Position numbers and translations under genes: made by a program. Of a stretch of 32,000 nt of DNA, positions 9,110-16,404 are shown piece by piece. The stretch's first letter is position 1, and each line of letters opens with the position of its first letter. The notes under the pieces were generated by a model, which made no database searches, had not been told where the DNA came from, and saw nothing but the letters and a program-made list of their open reading frames with translations. Source of the stretch: Delftia acidovorans NBRC 14950 (lineage in GTDB: Bacteria > Pseudomonadota > Gammaproteobacteria > Burkholderiales > Burkholderiaceae_C); NCBI RefSeq assembly GCF_001598795.1, contig NZ_BCZP01000020.1:30001-62000 (forward strand). The letters are read 5' to 3'.

Positions 9110-9185
9110 GGGCAGACCTTATGAAAGCGTGTGAAGCCTCCATGCTAGGAAGCGCCTTCCCTGCGGTCTTGCACGATCGTGCAGC

Positions 9186-9998
9186 TCAGGCCGCGCCCAG
9201 GCGCCTGAGCCAGCGTGCGGGCGGCACGCCATAGGCCATGGCGAACTGGCGCGCCATGTGGCTCTGATCGAAGAAGCCGGCCTGCAGTGCGGCATCGGCC
9301 ACGCCCTGCCCCGCCAGCAGCAGGCGCCGCACGGTGTCCAGCCGGCGCATGGTCAGGTAGCGGTAGGGGCTGGTGCCGTAGAGCGCGCGGAAGTCACGGC
9401 ACAGCCGCCAGCGGTCCAGGCCACTGGCCTGTGCCAGGGTATCCAGGGTCACGCCCTGCACCAGCGCGTCGTGGATGCAGGCGCGGGCGCGCTCCACGGC
9501 CCCCAGGTCGGGCAGGCGCCGGACGTTGCGCCGGCCCGCCACGGCGTCCAGCGCGCATGCCAGGTCGTAGATGGCGTCGTCGCGCGCCAGCGGCTCCAGG
9601 TCTTCATCCAGGCCCTGCAGCAGCGGCAGCAGCGCGGCCTTGAGCCGCGGATCGGCAGACAGCCCGCCCTCGACAAAGGGCAAGGGCCTGCCGCCGAGCA
9701 CCTGCTGGATCAGGGCCGGCTCCACATAGACCATGCGGTAGCGAAAACCTGCGTCGGTGCCCGCGTGGCCGTCATGCAATTCATCGGGATGCAGCACCAT
9801 GGCACCGCCCGGCAGGCTGTGCCGCTGGCTGCGGCGGTAGGCAAAGCTCTGCACGCCGGACAGCGTCAGGCCCAGTGCATAGGTGTCGTGCCTGTGGGGC
9901 GCATAGCCGTGCCCGCCGAAGTAGGCCTCGATGCGCTCCAGGCCTGCACCCAGCTGCGAATGCCGGACCCAGTCGCTGGAGATGCTCGTTTCTGCCAT
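9186..9998 (-). CDS. AraC family transcriptional regulator (N-terminal AraC-type cupin ligand domain plus C-terminal HTH)
   Basis: The C-terminal double HTH is LDTLAQASGLDRWRLCRDFRALYGTSPYRYLTMRRL...GFFDQSHMARQF. Confidence 0.85.
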   Translation of the reverse strand: MAETSISSDWVRHSQLGAGLERIEAYFGGHGYAPHRHDTYALGLTLSGVQSFAYRRSQRHSLPGGAMVLHPDELHDGHAGTDAGFRYRMVYVEPALIQQVLGGRPLPFVEGGLSADPRLKAALLPLLQGLDEDLEPLARDDAIYDLACALDAVAGRRNVRRLPDLGAVERARACIHDALVQGVTLDTLAQASGLDRWRLCRDFRALYGTSPYRYLTMRRLDTVRRLLLAGQGVADAALQAGFFDQSHMARQFAMAYGVPPARWLRRLGAA

Positions 9999-10029
9999 GT
10001 GGGTTGGTGGTGAGGGGTGTGCAAAGCAG

Positions 10030-10048
10030 CCGCAGATGGTAACTGCGG
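10030..10048 (-). terminator. Possible terminator of the MFS gene
   Basis: On the minus strand, CCGCAG-TTACCAT-CTGCGG is followed by CTGCTTTGC, about 10 nt after the stop. The stem is short and the U-tract weak. Confidence 0.35.
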
Positions 10049-10058
10049 GCCAGTGACC

Positions 10059-11519
10059 TCAAGGCGAGCAGGCCGGCTGCTCCGCGCCCGGCACGGCCTG
10101 GATTGCCGGTGCGCGGCGCATGCCCGCCGACACCACCCACCCCAGCAGCGCGATCAGCGCAGCACCCCATTCGGCCTGCTGCAGCCCCCGGGCCGTGGCC
10201 TCGCGCAGCGCATCGGGCGCCGTGATGCCGGCCAGCGGCGCGGTGGCCACCATGACCAGCAGGGCCAACCCCAGCGCCGCGCCCACTTGCTGGGCCGTGG
10301 CCGCAATGCCCGATGCCACGCCCTGCTGCGCAGCCGCCACGCCCTGGCCTGCCACCACCCACATGGCGGTCCAGCACGCGCCCTGGCCCAGGCTGAGCAC
10401 CACGAAGCCGGGCACCAGCCAGACATAGCTGCCGCCCAGCGGCAGCGCCCAGGCCATGTAGGCCAGGCCGATGGTGCCTGCGGCCCAGCCCCCCATCAGC
10501 ACGGCGCGCGGTGTGGAGCGGTGCAGCCAGTGTTCGGCCCAGCGGATACCCAGCGTGCAGACCGCCGTGGGCAGCAAAAAGGCCATGCCAGCCTGCAGCG
10601 GGCTCCAGCCGAAGATCTGCTGGAAATACAGCGCCAGAAAGTAGTACTGCACGCCAAAGCTGCTCATGAAGATCATGGTCAGCAGCATGGCCGCGCGCAG
10701 GCTGGGAACGCGCAGCAGGGACAGCGGCATCAGCGGCGAGGCAATGCGCGCCTCGATGCGCCAGAACAGGGCCAGCGCCGCCATGGCCAAGGCCAACGTC
10801 CCCAGCGTGGCGGCGCTGGCAAAGCCCCATTCAGGGCCTTGCACCAGGGCCGTCACCAGCAGGCTGCTGCCCACGGTCACGCTCAGGCAGCCGGCCAGAT
10901 CAAAGCCCTGGCCCGGCGCGGCACGCCCGGTATGGGCCGAGGGCGGCAGAAAGCGCAGCGCCGCCATGGCACACGGCCAGGCCACGGGCACCAGCACCCA
11001 CAGCACCCAGTTCCAGCCCAGCGTCTGCGTGAGCACGCCGCCCAGCAGCGCGCCGGCCGCCAGCCCGCCGGCCGACGCCATGCTCCACACGGCCAGGGCG
11101 CGGTTGCGCTCGGGCCCGGCCGCATACAAGGTGTTGATCAGCGACAGCGTGGCCGGAAACAGCAGCGCCCCGGCCACGCCCTGCCCTGCGCGGCCCAGCA
11201 CCAGTTGCCAGGGCTGCGAGGCAAAGCCGCCGACCAGGGAGGCCAGGCCGAACAGCGCCATGCCCGCCACATACATGCGCCGCTTGCCCAGCAGGTCCGC
11301 GCAGCGCCCGCCCAGCAGCAGGCAGCCGCCAAAGGCCACGCTGTAGGCACTGACTACCCATTGCAGATGGTGCGCGTCCATCTGCAACTGCTGGCCCATG
11401 GCGTCGAGCGCGACGAAGACGATGGTGGCATCCAGCGCAATCAGCAGCTGGGACAGGGACAGCAGCGCCAGGGCGGCGCGCGGGTGGCGCAGGGCGCCGG
11501 GGGAATCGGTCATTGGCAT
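10059..11519 (-). CDS. MFS transporter, DHA2 (EmrB/QacA-like, 14-TMS) drug/H+ antiporter family
   Basis: From ATG 11519: MPMTDSPGALRHPRAALALLSLSQLLIALDATIVFVALDAM...LLGGRCADLLGKRRMYV, the typical DHA2 motifs. The 779-aa ORF-track call extends antisense through the neighbouring LysR gene and is rejected. Confidence 0.85.
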   Translation of the reverse strand: MPMTDSPGALRHPRAALALLSLSQLLIALDATIVFVALDAMGQQLQMDAHHLQWVVSAYSVAFGGCLLLGGRCADLLGKRRMYVAGMALFGLASLVGGFASQPWQLVLGRAGQGVAGALLFPATLSLINTLYAAGPERNRALAVWSMASAGGLAAGALLGGVLTQTLGWNWVLWVLVPVAWPCAMAALRFLPPSAHTGRAAPGQGFDLAGCLSVTVGSSLLVTALVQGPEWGFASAATLGTLALAMAALALFWRIEARIASPLMPLSLLRVPSLRAAMLLTMIFMSSFGVQYYFLALYFQQIFGWSPLQAGMAFLLPTAVCTLGIRWAEHWLHRSTPRAVLMGGWAAGTIGLAYMAWALPLGGSYVWLVPGFVVLSLGQGACWTAMWVVAGQGVAAAQQGVASGIAATAQQVGAALGLALLVMVATAPLAGITAPDALREATARGLQQAEWGAALIALLGWVVSAGMRRAPAIQAVPGAEQPACSP

Positions 11520-11576
11520 GGCGCCGATCCTAATTAATGCACTTGTGAAGATAAACAGCAGATTTTCATTTTTCTT

Positions 11577-11590
11577 ATGCAAAACTGCAT
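11577..11590. promoter_or_regulatory. Candidate LysR operator ATGCA-N4-TGCAT in an AT-rich divergent promoter region
   Basis: The palindrome ATGCAAAACTGCAT is flanked by a longer-range repeat, ATTAATGCA (11533-11541) / TGCATTAAT (11586-11594). Confidence 0.3.
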
Positions 11591-11612
11591 TAATCGAATC
11601 TGGAGACATGCC

Positions 11613-12503
11613 ATGGATCTCAACGCCGTGCACCTGCTCATCAAGGTGGCCGAAAGCCGCAGCTTCACCCAGGCCGCCACGCTGCTGGGCACCAGCCAGC
11701 CCCGCATCTCGCGCGCCGTGGCCCAGCTGGAAAAGGACCTGGGCACGCGGCTGCTGCACCGCAATACGCGCAGCGTCTCGCTCACGCCTGATGGCTGTGC
11801 GCTGGTGGACCGCTGCGCCCCGCTGATTGCCGGGCTGGAAGAGGCCCGCCAGCTGGTCAGCGACCGGCGCTGCGCGCCCAGCGGCGTGCTGCGCATGACG
11901 GCGCCGTCCATGCTGGGCCGCATCGTGCTGGTGCCGCTGCTGGGGCAGTTGCTGCGCGAGCATCCGCAGCTGCAGATCGACACCAGCTTCACCGACCGCA
12001 TGGTGGACATGGTGGAAGAAGGCTTTGACGCGGCCGTGCGCATCGGCCCGCTGGCAGACAGCCGCATGATTGCCCGCGCCCTGCCGCCGCTGCGCTGGGT
12101 GACCGTGGCCTCGCCCGCCTACCTGGCGGCGCGCGGCACGCCGCAGACGCTGCAGGAGCTGGCGCAGCACAGCTGCATGGCCGTCTACAACCACTACCTG
12201 GGCCGGCGCGTGCCCTGGCAGTTCCTGGCGGGCAATGGCGAGATGCTGGACTGGCCTGCGCCACAGACCGTGACCTTCGACAGCGGCGATCCGCTGGTGG
12301 AAGGCTCGCTGGGCGGCCTGGGCGTGGCCCAGGTCATGGAGTTCGCGGTACGCGAGCACCTGCAGGCGGGCCGGCTGGTGCGGCTGCTGCCCCAGCATGA
12401 GGGCCGAGCCCGCGAACTGTCCCTGGTCTACCCGCGCACGCGCCAGGCCTCGCCGCGCATCAAGGCACTGGCCCAGCTGCTGCTGGCGCAGACACAGTGG
12501 TAG
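11613..12503 (+). CDS. LysR family transcriptional regulator (divergent from the MFS gene)
   Basis: ATG 11613 with GGAG at 11602-11605. The wHTH is VHLLIKVAESRSFTQAATLLGTSQPRISRAVAQLEKDLG. Confidence 0.9.
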   Translation: MDLNAVHLLIKVAESRSFTQAATLLGTSQPRISRAVAQLEKDLGTRLLHRNTRSVSLTPDGCALVDRCAPLIAGLEEARQLVSDRRCAPSGVLRMTAPSMLGRIVLVPLLGQLLREHPQLQIDTSFTDRMVDMVEEGFDAAVRIGPLADSRMIARALPPLRWVTVASPAYLAARGTPQTLQELAQHSCMAVYNHYLGRRVPWQFLAGNGEMLDWPAPQTVTFDSGDPLVEGSLGGLGVAQVMEFAVREHLQAGRLVRLLPQHEGRARELSLVYPRTRQASPRIKALAQLLLAQTQW

Positions 12504-12659
12504 GCAAGCAGGCGGGCCGCAGACGGCGTGGCGCCATGCACACAGTAGGTTCGGATTCAGTTCCGCTTATGTGGGTGAAGGGGGATTAAACTCCTGCCTT
12601 TCCACGATGGCAGCGTTCTCGGACAATCACGCCTTTTCGTGGTGCATGCACCTTGATGG

Positions 12660-12696
12660 GGCCGCGACACAGCGGCTCTTTTGTTTTTCCTGTTTT
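12660..12696 (+). terminator. Intrinsic-terminator-like element in the lysP leader (attenuator, or terminator of the LysR gene)
   Basis: GGCCGC-GACACA-GCGGCT stem followed by CTTTTGTTTTTCCTGTTTTG, 63 nt upstream of the lysP ATG. Confidence 0.5.
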
Positions 12697-12758
12697 GCAT
12701 TCCTGCCCCCGCGCCGGCCAGCGGCCGCGCGGGATCTGATCCACCAATCGACACATCC

Positions 12759-14240
12759 ATGGCAGCAGAAAACTCCAAGAATGCCGCTCCCACCGCGCTC
12801 AGGCGCGAACTCAAGGCGCGGCATCTGTCCATGATCGCCATCGGCGGCTCCATCGGCACCGGCCTCTTCGTTGCCTCGGGCGCCACCATCTCGCAGGCCG
12901 GCCCCGGCGGCGCCCTGCTGGCCTACATGATCGTGGGCCTGATGGTCTACTTCCTCATGACCAGCCTCGGCGAAATGGCCGCGAACCTTCCCGTCTCGGG
13001 CTCATTCGCCACCTACGGCGCGCGCTATGTGGACGAAGGCTTCGGCTTCGCGCTGGGCTGGAACTACTGGTACAACTGGGCCGTCACCATTGCCGTGGAC
13101 CTGGTGGCCGCCCAGCTGGTCATGGCCTACTGGTTCCCCGACGGCAACGGCATGCTGTGGAGCGCCCTGTTCCTGGCCATCATGTTCGGCCTCAACGCCA
13201 TCTCGGTCAAAGGCTTCGGCGAGGCCGAGTACTGGTTCGCCGCCATCAAGGTGACCACCGTCATCCTCTTCATCGGCGTGGGCGTGCTCATGATCCTGGG
13301 CATCGTGCGGGGCGGCGCGCCTGAAGGCGTCTGGGGCAACTTTGCCCTGTGGAGCCAGGGCGACGCGCCCTTTGCGGGCGGTTTCTCGGCGCTGATCGGC
13401 GTGGCCATGATCGTGGGCTTTTCCTTCCAGGGCACGGAGCTCATCGGCATTGCCGCCGGCGAATCCGAGAACCCCGCCAAGAACGTGCCCCGCGCCGTGC
13501 GCCAGGTGTTCTGGCGCATTTTGCTGTTCTACGTCTTCGCCATTCTGGTCATCAGCCTGCTGATCCCCTACACCGATCCGCACCTGCTCAAGAATGATCT
13601 GGGCGACATCAGCGTGAGTCCCTTCACCCTGGTCTTCGAGCGCGCTGGCCTGCTGTCGGCCGCCGCCGTGATGAACGCCGTGGTGCTGACCTCGGTGCTG
13701 TCGGCCGGCAATTCGGGCATGTACGCCTCCACGCGCATGCTCTACACGCTGGCCTGCCAGCGCATGGCGCCGCGCATGTTCTCATATGTCAACAAGCGTG
13801 GCGTGCCCACGCTGGCCCTGCTGGCCACCACCGTGGTGGCGGCGCTGTGCTTCCTGACCAACATCTTCAGCCCGCAGCTGGTCTACATCTGGCTGCTGAA
13901 TCTGTCGGGCATGACGGGCTTCATCGCCTGGCTGGGCATTGCCATCAGCCACTACCGCTTCCGCAAGGGTTTCGAGGCCCAGGGCCTGGACCTGAACCAG
14001 CTGCCCTACCGCGCATCCTGGTTCCCGTTCGGCCCCATCTTCGCCTTCGTGCTGTGCATGGTGATCACGCTGGGCCAGAACTACGAGGCCTTCATGGCCG
14101 ACCGCATCGACTGGACCGGCGTGGTCGCCACCTACATCGGCCTGCCGCTGTTCCTGCTGATCTGGGGCGGCTACCGCCTGGTCAAGGGCACGCACATCGT
14201 GAAGTACAAGGACATGCAGCTGGGCTCCAACGTCGATTGA
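12759..14240 (+). CDS. lysP: Lysine-specific permease (APC superfamily amino-acid permease)
   Basis: Near-colinear with enterobacterial LysP as I remember it. Shared segments include LRRELKARHL.MIAIGGSIGTGLFVASGATISQAGPGGALL, GFGFALGWNYWYNWAVTIAVDLVAAQLVM, GFSFQGTELIGIAAGESE.PAKN.PRAVRQVFWRILLFYVFAIL and NTSGMTGFIAWLGIAISHYRFR. Confidence 0.9.
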   Translation: MAAENSKNAAPTALRRELKARHLSMIAIGGSIGTGLFVASGATISQAGPGGALLAYMIVGLMVYFLMTSLGEMAANLPVSGSFATYGARYVDEGFGFALGWNYWYNWAVTIAVDLVAAQLVMAYWFPDGNGMLWSALFLAIMFGLNAISVKGFGEAEYWFAAIKVTTVILFIGVGVLMILGIVRGGAPEGVWGNFALWSQGDAPFAGGFSALIGVAMIVGFSFQGTELIGIAAGESENPAKNVPRAVRQVFWRILLFYVFAILVISLLIPYTDPHLLKNDLGDISVSPFTLVFERAGLLSAAAVMNAVVLTSVLSAGNSGMYASTRMLYTLACQRMAPRMFSYVNKRGVPTLALLATTVVAALCFLTNIFSPQLVYIWLLNLSGMTGFIAWLGIAISHYRFRKGFEAQGLDLNQLPYRASWFPFGPIFAFVLCMVITLGQNYEAFMADRIDWTGVVATYIGLPLFLLIWGGYRLVKGTHIVKYKDMQLGSNVD

Positions 14241-14260
14241 CGCCCGGCCCAGTCCCCATG

Positions 14261-14293
14261 AAAAACAGCCCGCAGATGCGGGCTGTCGTCTTT
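14261..14293. terminator. Bidirectional intrinsic terminator between lysP and the VOC gene
   Basis: AAAAA-ACAGCCCGC-AGAT-GCGGGCTGT-CGTCTTTC. The 9-bp stem has an A-run on one side and a T-rich run on the other. Confidence 0.7.
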
Positions 14294-14649
14294 CAGGCAT
14301 CGGCCGACCATACGGCCAGTTCGTACCCGTCCGGATCGGTGAAGTGGAACCTGCGGCCACCCGGGAACGCGAACACCGCGCGGCTGATCACGGCCCCAGC
14401 CGCCTCCACGCGGCGCTGCGCCTCGGCCAGATCGTCGGCGTAGAGGATGACCAGCGGGCCGCCGGGCCGCACCTCCTCGCCCGTGGTGAAGCCGCCCGTC
14501 AGCCGGCCGTCGCTGAACTCGGTGTAGCTCGGCCCATAGTCGGTGAAGGTCCAGCCGAAGGCCTCGCCGTAGAACGCCTTGCTGCGTGCGATGTCGGCCA
14601 CGTTGAACTCGATGTTGTCGATCTGGTGGTTCTTGCCCCTGATGCCCAT
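14293..14649 (-). CDS. VOC (glyoxalase/bleomycin-resistance/dioxygenase) family protein
   Basis: The VOC beta-alpha-beta start is IDNIEFNVADIARSKAFYGEAFGW, and the C-terminus is RRFHFTDPDGYELAVW. ATG 14649 has GGAG 6 nt upstream. The alternative upstream start at 14715 adds 22 residues. Confidence 0.75.
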   Translation of the reverse strand: MGIRGKNHQIDNIEFNVADIARSKAFYGEAFGWTFTDYGPSYTEFSDGRLTGGFTTGEEVRPGGPLVILYADDLAEAQRRVEAAGAVISRAVFAFPGGRRFHFTDPDGYELAVWSADA

Positions 14650-14733
14650 GTGCTGCTCCGTTGAATACTGGTAGGCCGCCATCATCGGCCACGCCGTGGC
14701 AGCGGTCTTGAACAAAACGGCCAGACGGGCCGC

Positions 14734-15501
14734 TCAATCCAGCAGTTGCTGCAGGGCAGCGCGGGGCGTGATGCCGCACAGCGCCCTCACTTCGCGCGAC
14801 AAATGCGCCTGGTCCGCATACCCGGCGTCCGCCGCCAGCGCCGCAAGACCTGCCTGCTGATCAGACCGTGCCAGGGCCAGCAGGCGCTGAAAGCGCATCA
14901 CGCGCTCCAACGTCTTGGGGCCGTAGCCAAACTGCGCGTGGCACAAGCGGCGCAGGCTGCGCTCGGACATGTCCAGCTGCGCGCGCATGGCGGCCAGCAC
15001 ACCGGATTCATCCCGCCCGGCTGCAGCCGCCACATTGAACAGCTCCATGGCCTGCCGGTCCGGCGCTGGGGCGTCGCGGCCCATTTGCACCAGTCCATGG
15101 ATGAACACGGCCTGCCCTGCGCCCGGCTGCGCATCGTTGATGCGATGCACCCACTCCCGCGCGCGCGGCCCCAGCAGATCGCCCAGTTCCACCGCCTGCC
15201 CCACGATCTCGTCCATGGGCAGGCCCAGCCAGGCGCTGGCCGCACCGGGGCCGAAGCGCGCCCCCCATACCTCGGACCCCGGCACCAGCGCGGGCCGCGC
15301 AGCCACCCTGTCAGGCCCCACGGCCAGCAGCCGCCCGCCCTTGCAGACGATGTCCACGCAGCCATCGGGCACCACGAGAAAGCCGCCGGCATAGTCCGGG
15401 GCCACGGTGCTGCTCCACAGGCACTGGAAGTGCGGCTGCAAGGCGGGCGGCGGGCAGTGTTCGCGGTAGGGGGCGGGCGGCGGCGCCTGGCCAGAGGGCA
15501 T
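14734..15501 (-). CDS. AraC family transcriptional regulator
   Basis: The C-terminal HTH_18-type motif is MSERSLRRLCHAQFGYGPKTLERVMRFQRLL...GYADQAHLSREVRALCGITP. The start lies 5 nt after the stop of the upstream Lrp/AsnC gene. Confidence 0.8.
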   Translation of the reverse strand: MPSGQAPPPAPYREHCPPPALQPHFQCLWSSTVAPDYAGGFLVVPDGCVDIVCKGGRLLAVGPDRVAARPALVPGSEVWGARFGPGAASAWLGLPMDEIVGQAVELGDLLGPRAREWVHRINDAQPGAGQAVFIHGLVQMGRDAPAPDRQAMELFNVAAAAGRDESGVLAAMRAQLDMSERSLRRLCHAQFGYGPKTLERVMRFQRLLALARSDQQAGLAALAADAGYADQAHLSREVRALCGITPRAALQQLLD

Positions 15502-15506
15502 GGACT

Positions 15507-15962
15507 TCAGACCCCCAGCGGCAGGTCGGCCTTCTTCAGCGTGCGCAGCACAAAGCTGGACTGGCTGTGGCGAATGCCCTTGATCTTGTAGAGCTTCTCG
15601 CGCAGCAGGCGCTCGTAGTCACGCGTGTCCTTGACGACGACGCGCAGCAGGTAGTCGTACTCGCCCGAGACCAGGTGCGCCTCCACCACCTCGGGAATGG
15701 TCGCCAGCATCTCGCCGAATTTCTCCAGCGTGTTGTCCGAGTGGCTGTCCAGCGTGACCTGCACCAGCACCGTATCGCCCAGGCCCAGCGCCAGCGGGTT
15801 CAGGCGCACGGTATAGCCCTCGATCACCCCCGCCTCTTCCAGCTTCTTGATGCGCGCCCAGCAGGGCGAGGCGCTCAGGCCCACGGCGGCGCCGATTTCC
15901 TGCAGGCTGGCGCGCGCGTTGGCCTGCAAGGCGGAAAGAATCTTTCTGTCGAGGGTATCCAT
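15507..15962 (-). CDS. Lrp/AsnC family transcriptional regulator (leucine-responsive-regulator-like)
   Basis: From ATG 15962: MDTLDRKILSALQANARASLQEIGAAVGLSASPCWARIKKLEEAGVIEGY... followed by a RAM/ASNC domain (AHLVSGEYDYLL). The ORF-track start at 16055 adds 31 residues and runs into the AT-rich promoter. Confidence 0.9.
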   Translation of the reverse strand: MDTLDRKILSALQANARASLQEIGAAVGLSASPCWARIKKLEEAGVIEGYTVRLNPLALGLGDTVLVQVTLDSHSDNTLEKFGEMLATIPEVVEAHLVSGEYDYLLRVVVKDTRDYERLLREKLYKIKGIRHSQSSFVLRTLKKADLPLGV

Positions 15963-15993
15963 GGCCGGCAATCTACTGCAAAACAGGCAGTTG

Positions 15994-16008
15994 CAGAATA
16001 ATTTTCTG
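15994..16008. promoter_or_regulatory. Near-consensus Lrp box at the centre of a ~47-bp imperfect palindrome (15979-16025)
   Basis: CAGAATAATTTTCTG matches the E. coli Lrp SELEX consensus YAGHAWATTWTDCTR at 14 of 15 positions. The flanking arms are CAAAACAGGC(A)GTTGC / GCAACGCCTGTTTTG. Confidence 0.4.
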
Positions 16009-16167
16009 TAGCAACGCCTGTTTTGAAGAAATAAAGTAGCATTTTCTGAGGCCAAACGCGCACACTTGTCTGCATGGGAGCACGCTTACCGGCGCAGCAA
16101 AACCATTCACCCAGCCCCGCCGACTACCGCCAGCGCCCGGATGCGTGATCCAGACCAGGAGCCCGTT

Positions 16168-16204
16168 ACAGGCCGCCCCGCTTATCCGCAGCGGGGCGGC
16201 CTGT
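16168..16204. other. Perfect 15-bp GC-rich stem-loop of unknown function in non-coding DNA
   Basis: ACAGGCCGCCCCGCT-TATCCGC-AGCGGGGCGGCCTGT. There is no U-tract on either strand and no gene end nearby. Confidence 0.5.
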
Positions 16205-16404
16205 TGCATTGGGGCACCTGGCAGACGACAGACAGCGCTTTCCCGCAATGGCCGCCGGTGCACAATGGCCCCCCGCAAGCCTGCACGGCGGACATATACG
16301 GGCGCACGCCACATCAACCAATCGGACCCTTGATCCACACGCAAGACAATCCCACCGAAGGCGGCCGGGGGCACTGGCAAACGGGTGCTGCAGCGCAATG
16401 GCTG

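Noticed and set aside
11520-12398. N-terminal 293-aa extension of the MFS ORF (ORF-track call 10059-12398).
   Set aside because: The extension runs antisense through the well-supported LysR gene and across the AT-rich divergent promoter. The MFS signature begins right after ATG 11519.
12548-12558. GGTTCGGATTC, which resembles a tRNA T-loop (GGTTCGAATCC).
   Set aside because: The flanks cannot form a T-stem, an acceptor stem or an anticodon arm, so there is no cloverleaf.
12504-12758. A lysine (L-box) riboswitch upstream of lysP.
   Set aside because: I could not locate the conserved L-box core segments or its five-helix junction by eye. The region is reported only as an unclassified attenuator-like leader, and a cmsearch run is needed for certainty.
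16066-16404. TTG-initiated 113-aa N-terminal extension of the histidine kinase.
   Set aside because: The start is a TTG with no RBS. The composition is P/T/Q/H/W-rich and unstructured. It uses CAA codons repeatedly, has lower GC3 than the neighbouring genes, and contains a 15-bp perfect hairpin. It is kept as a caveat in the finding.
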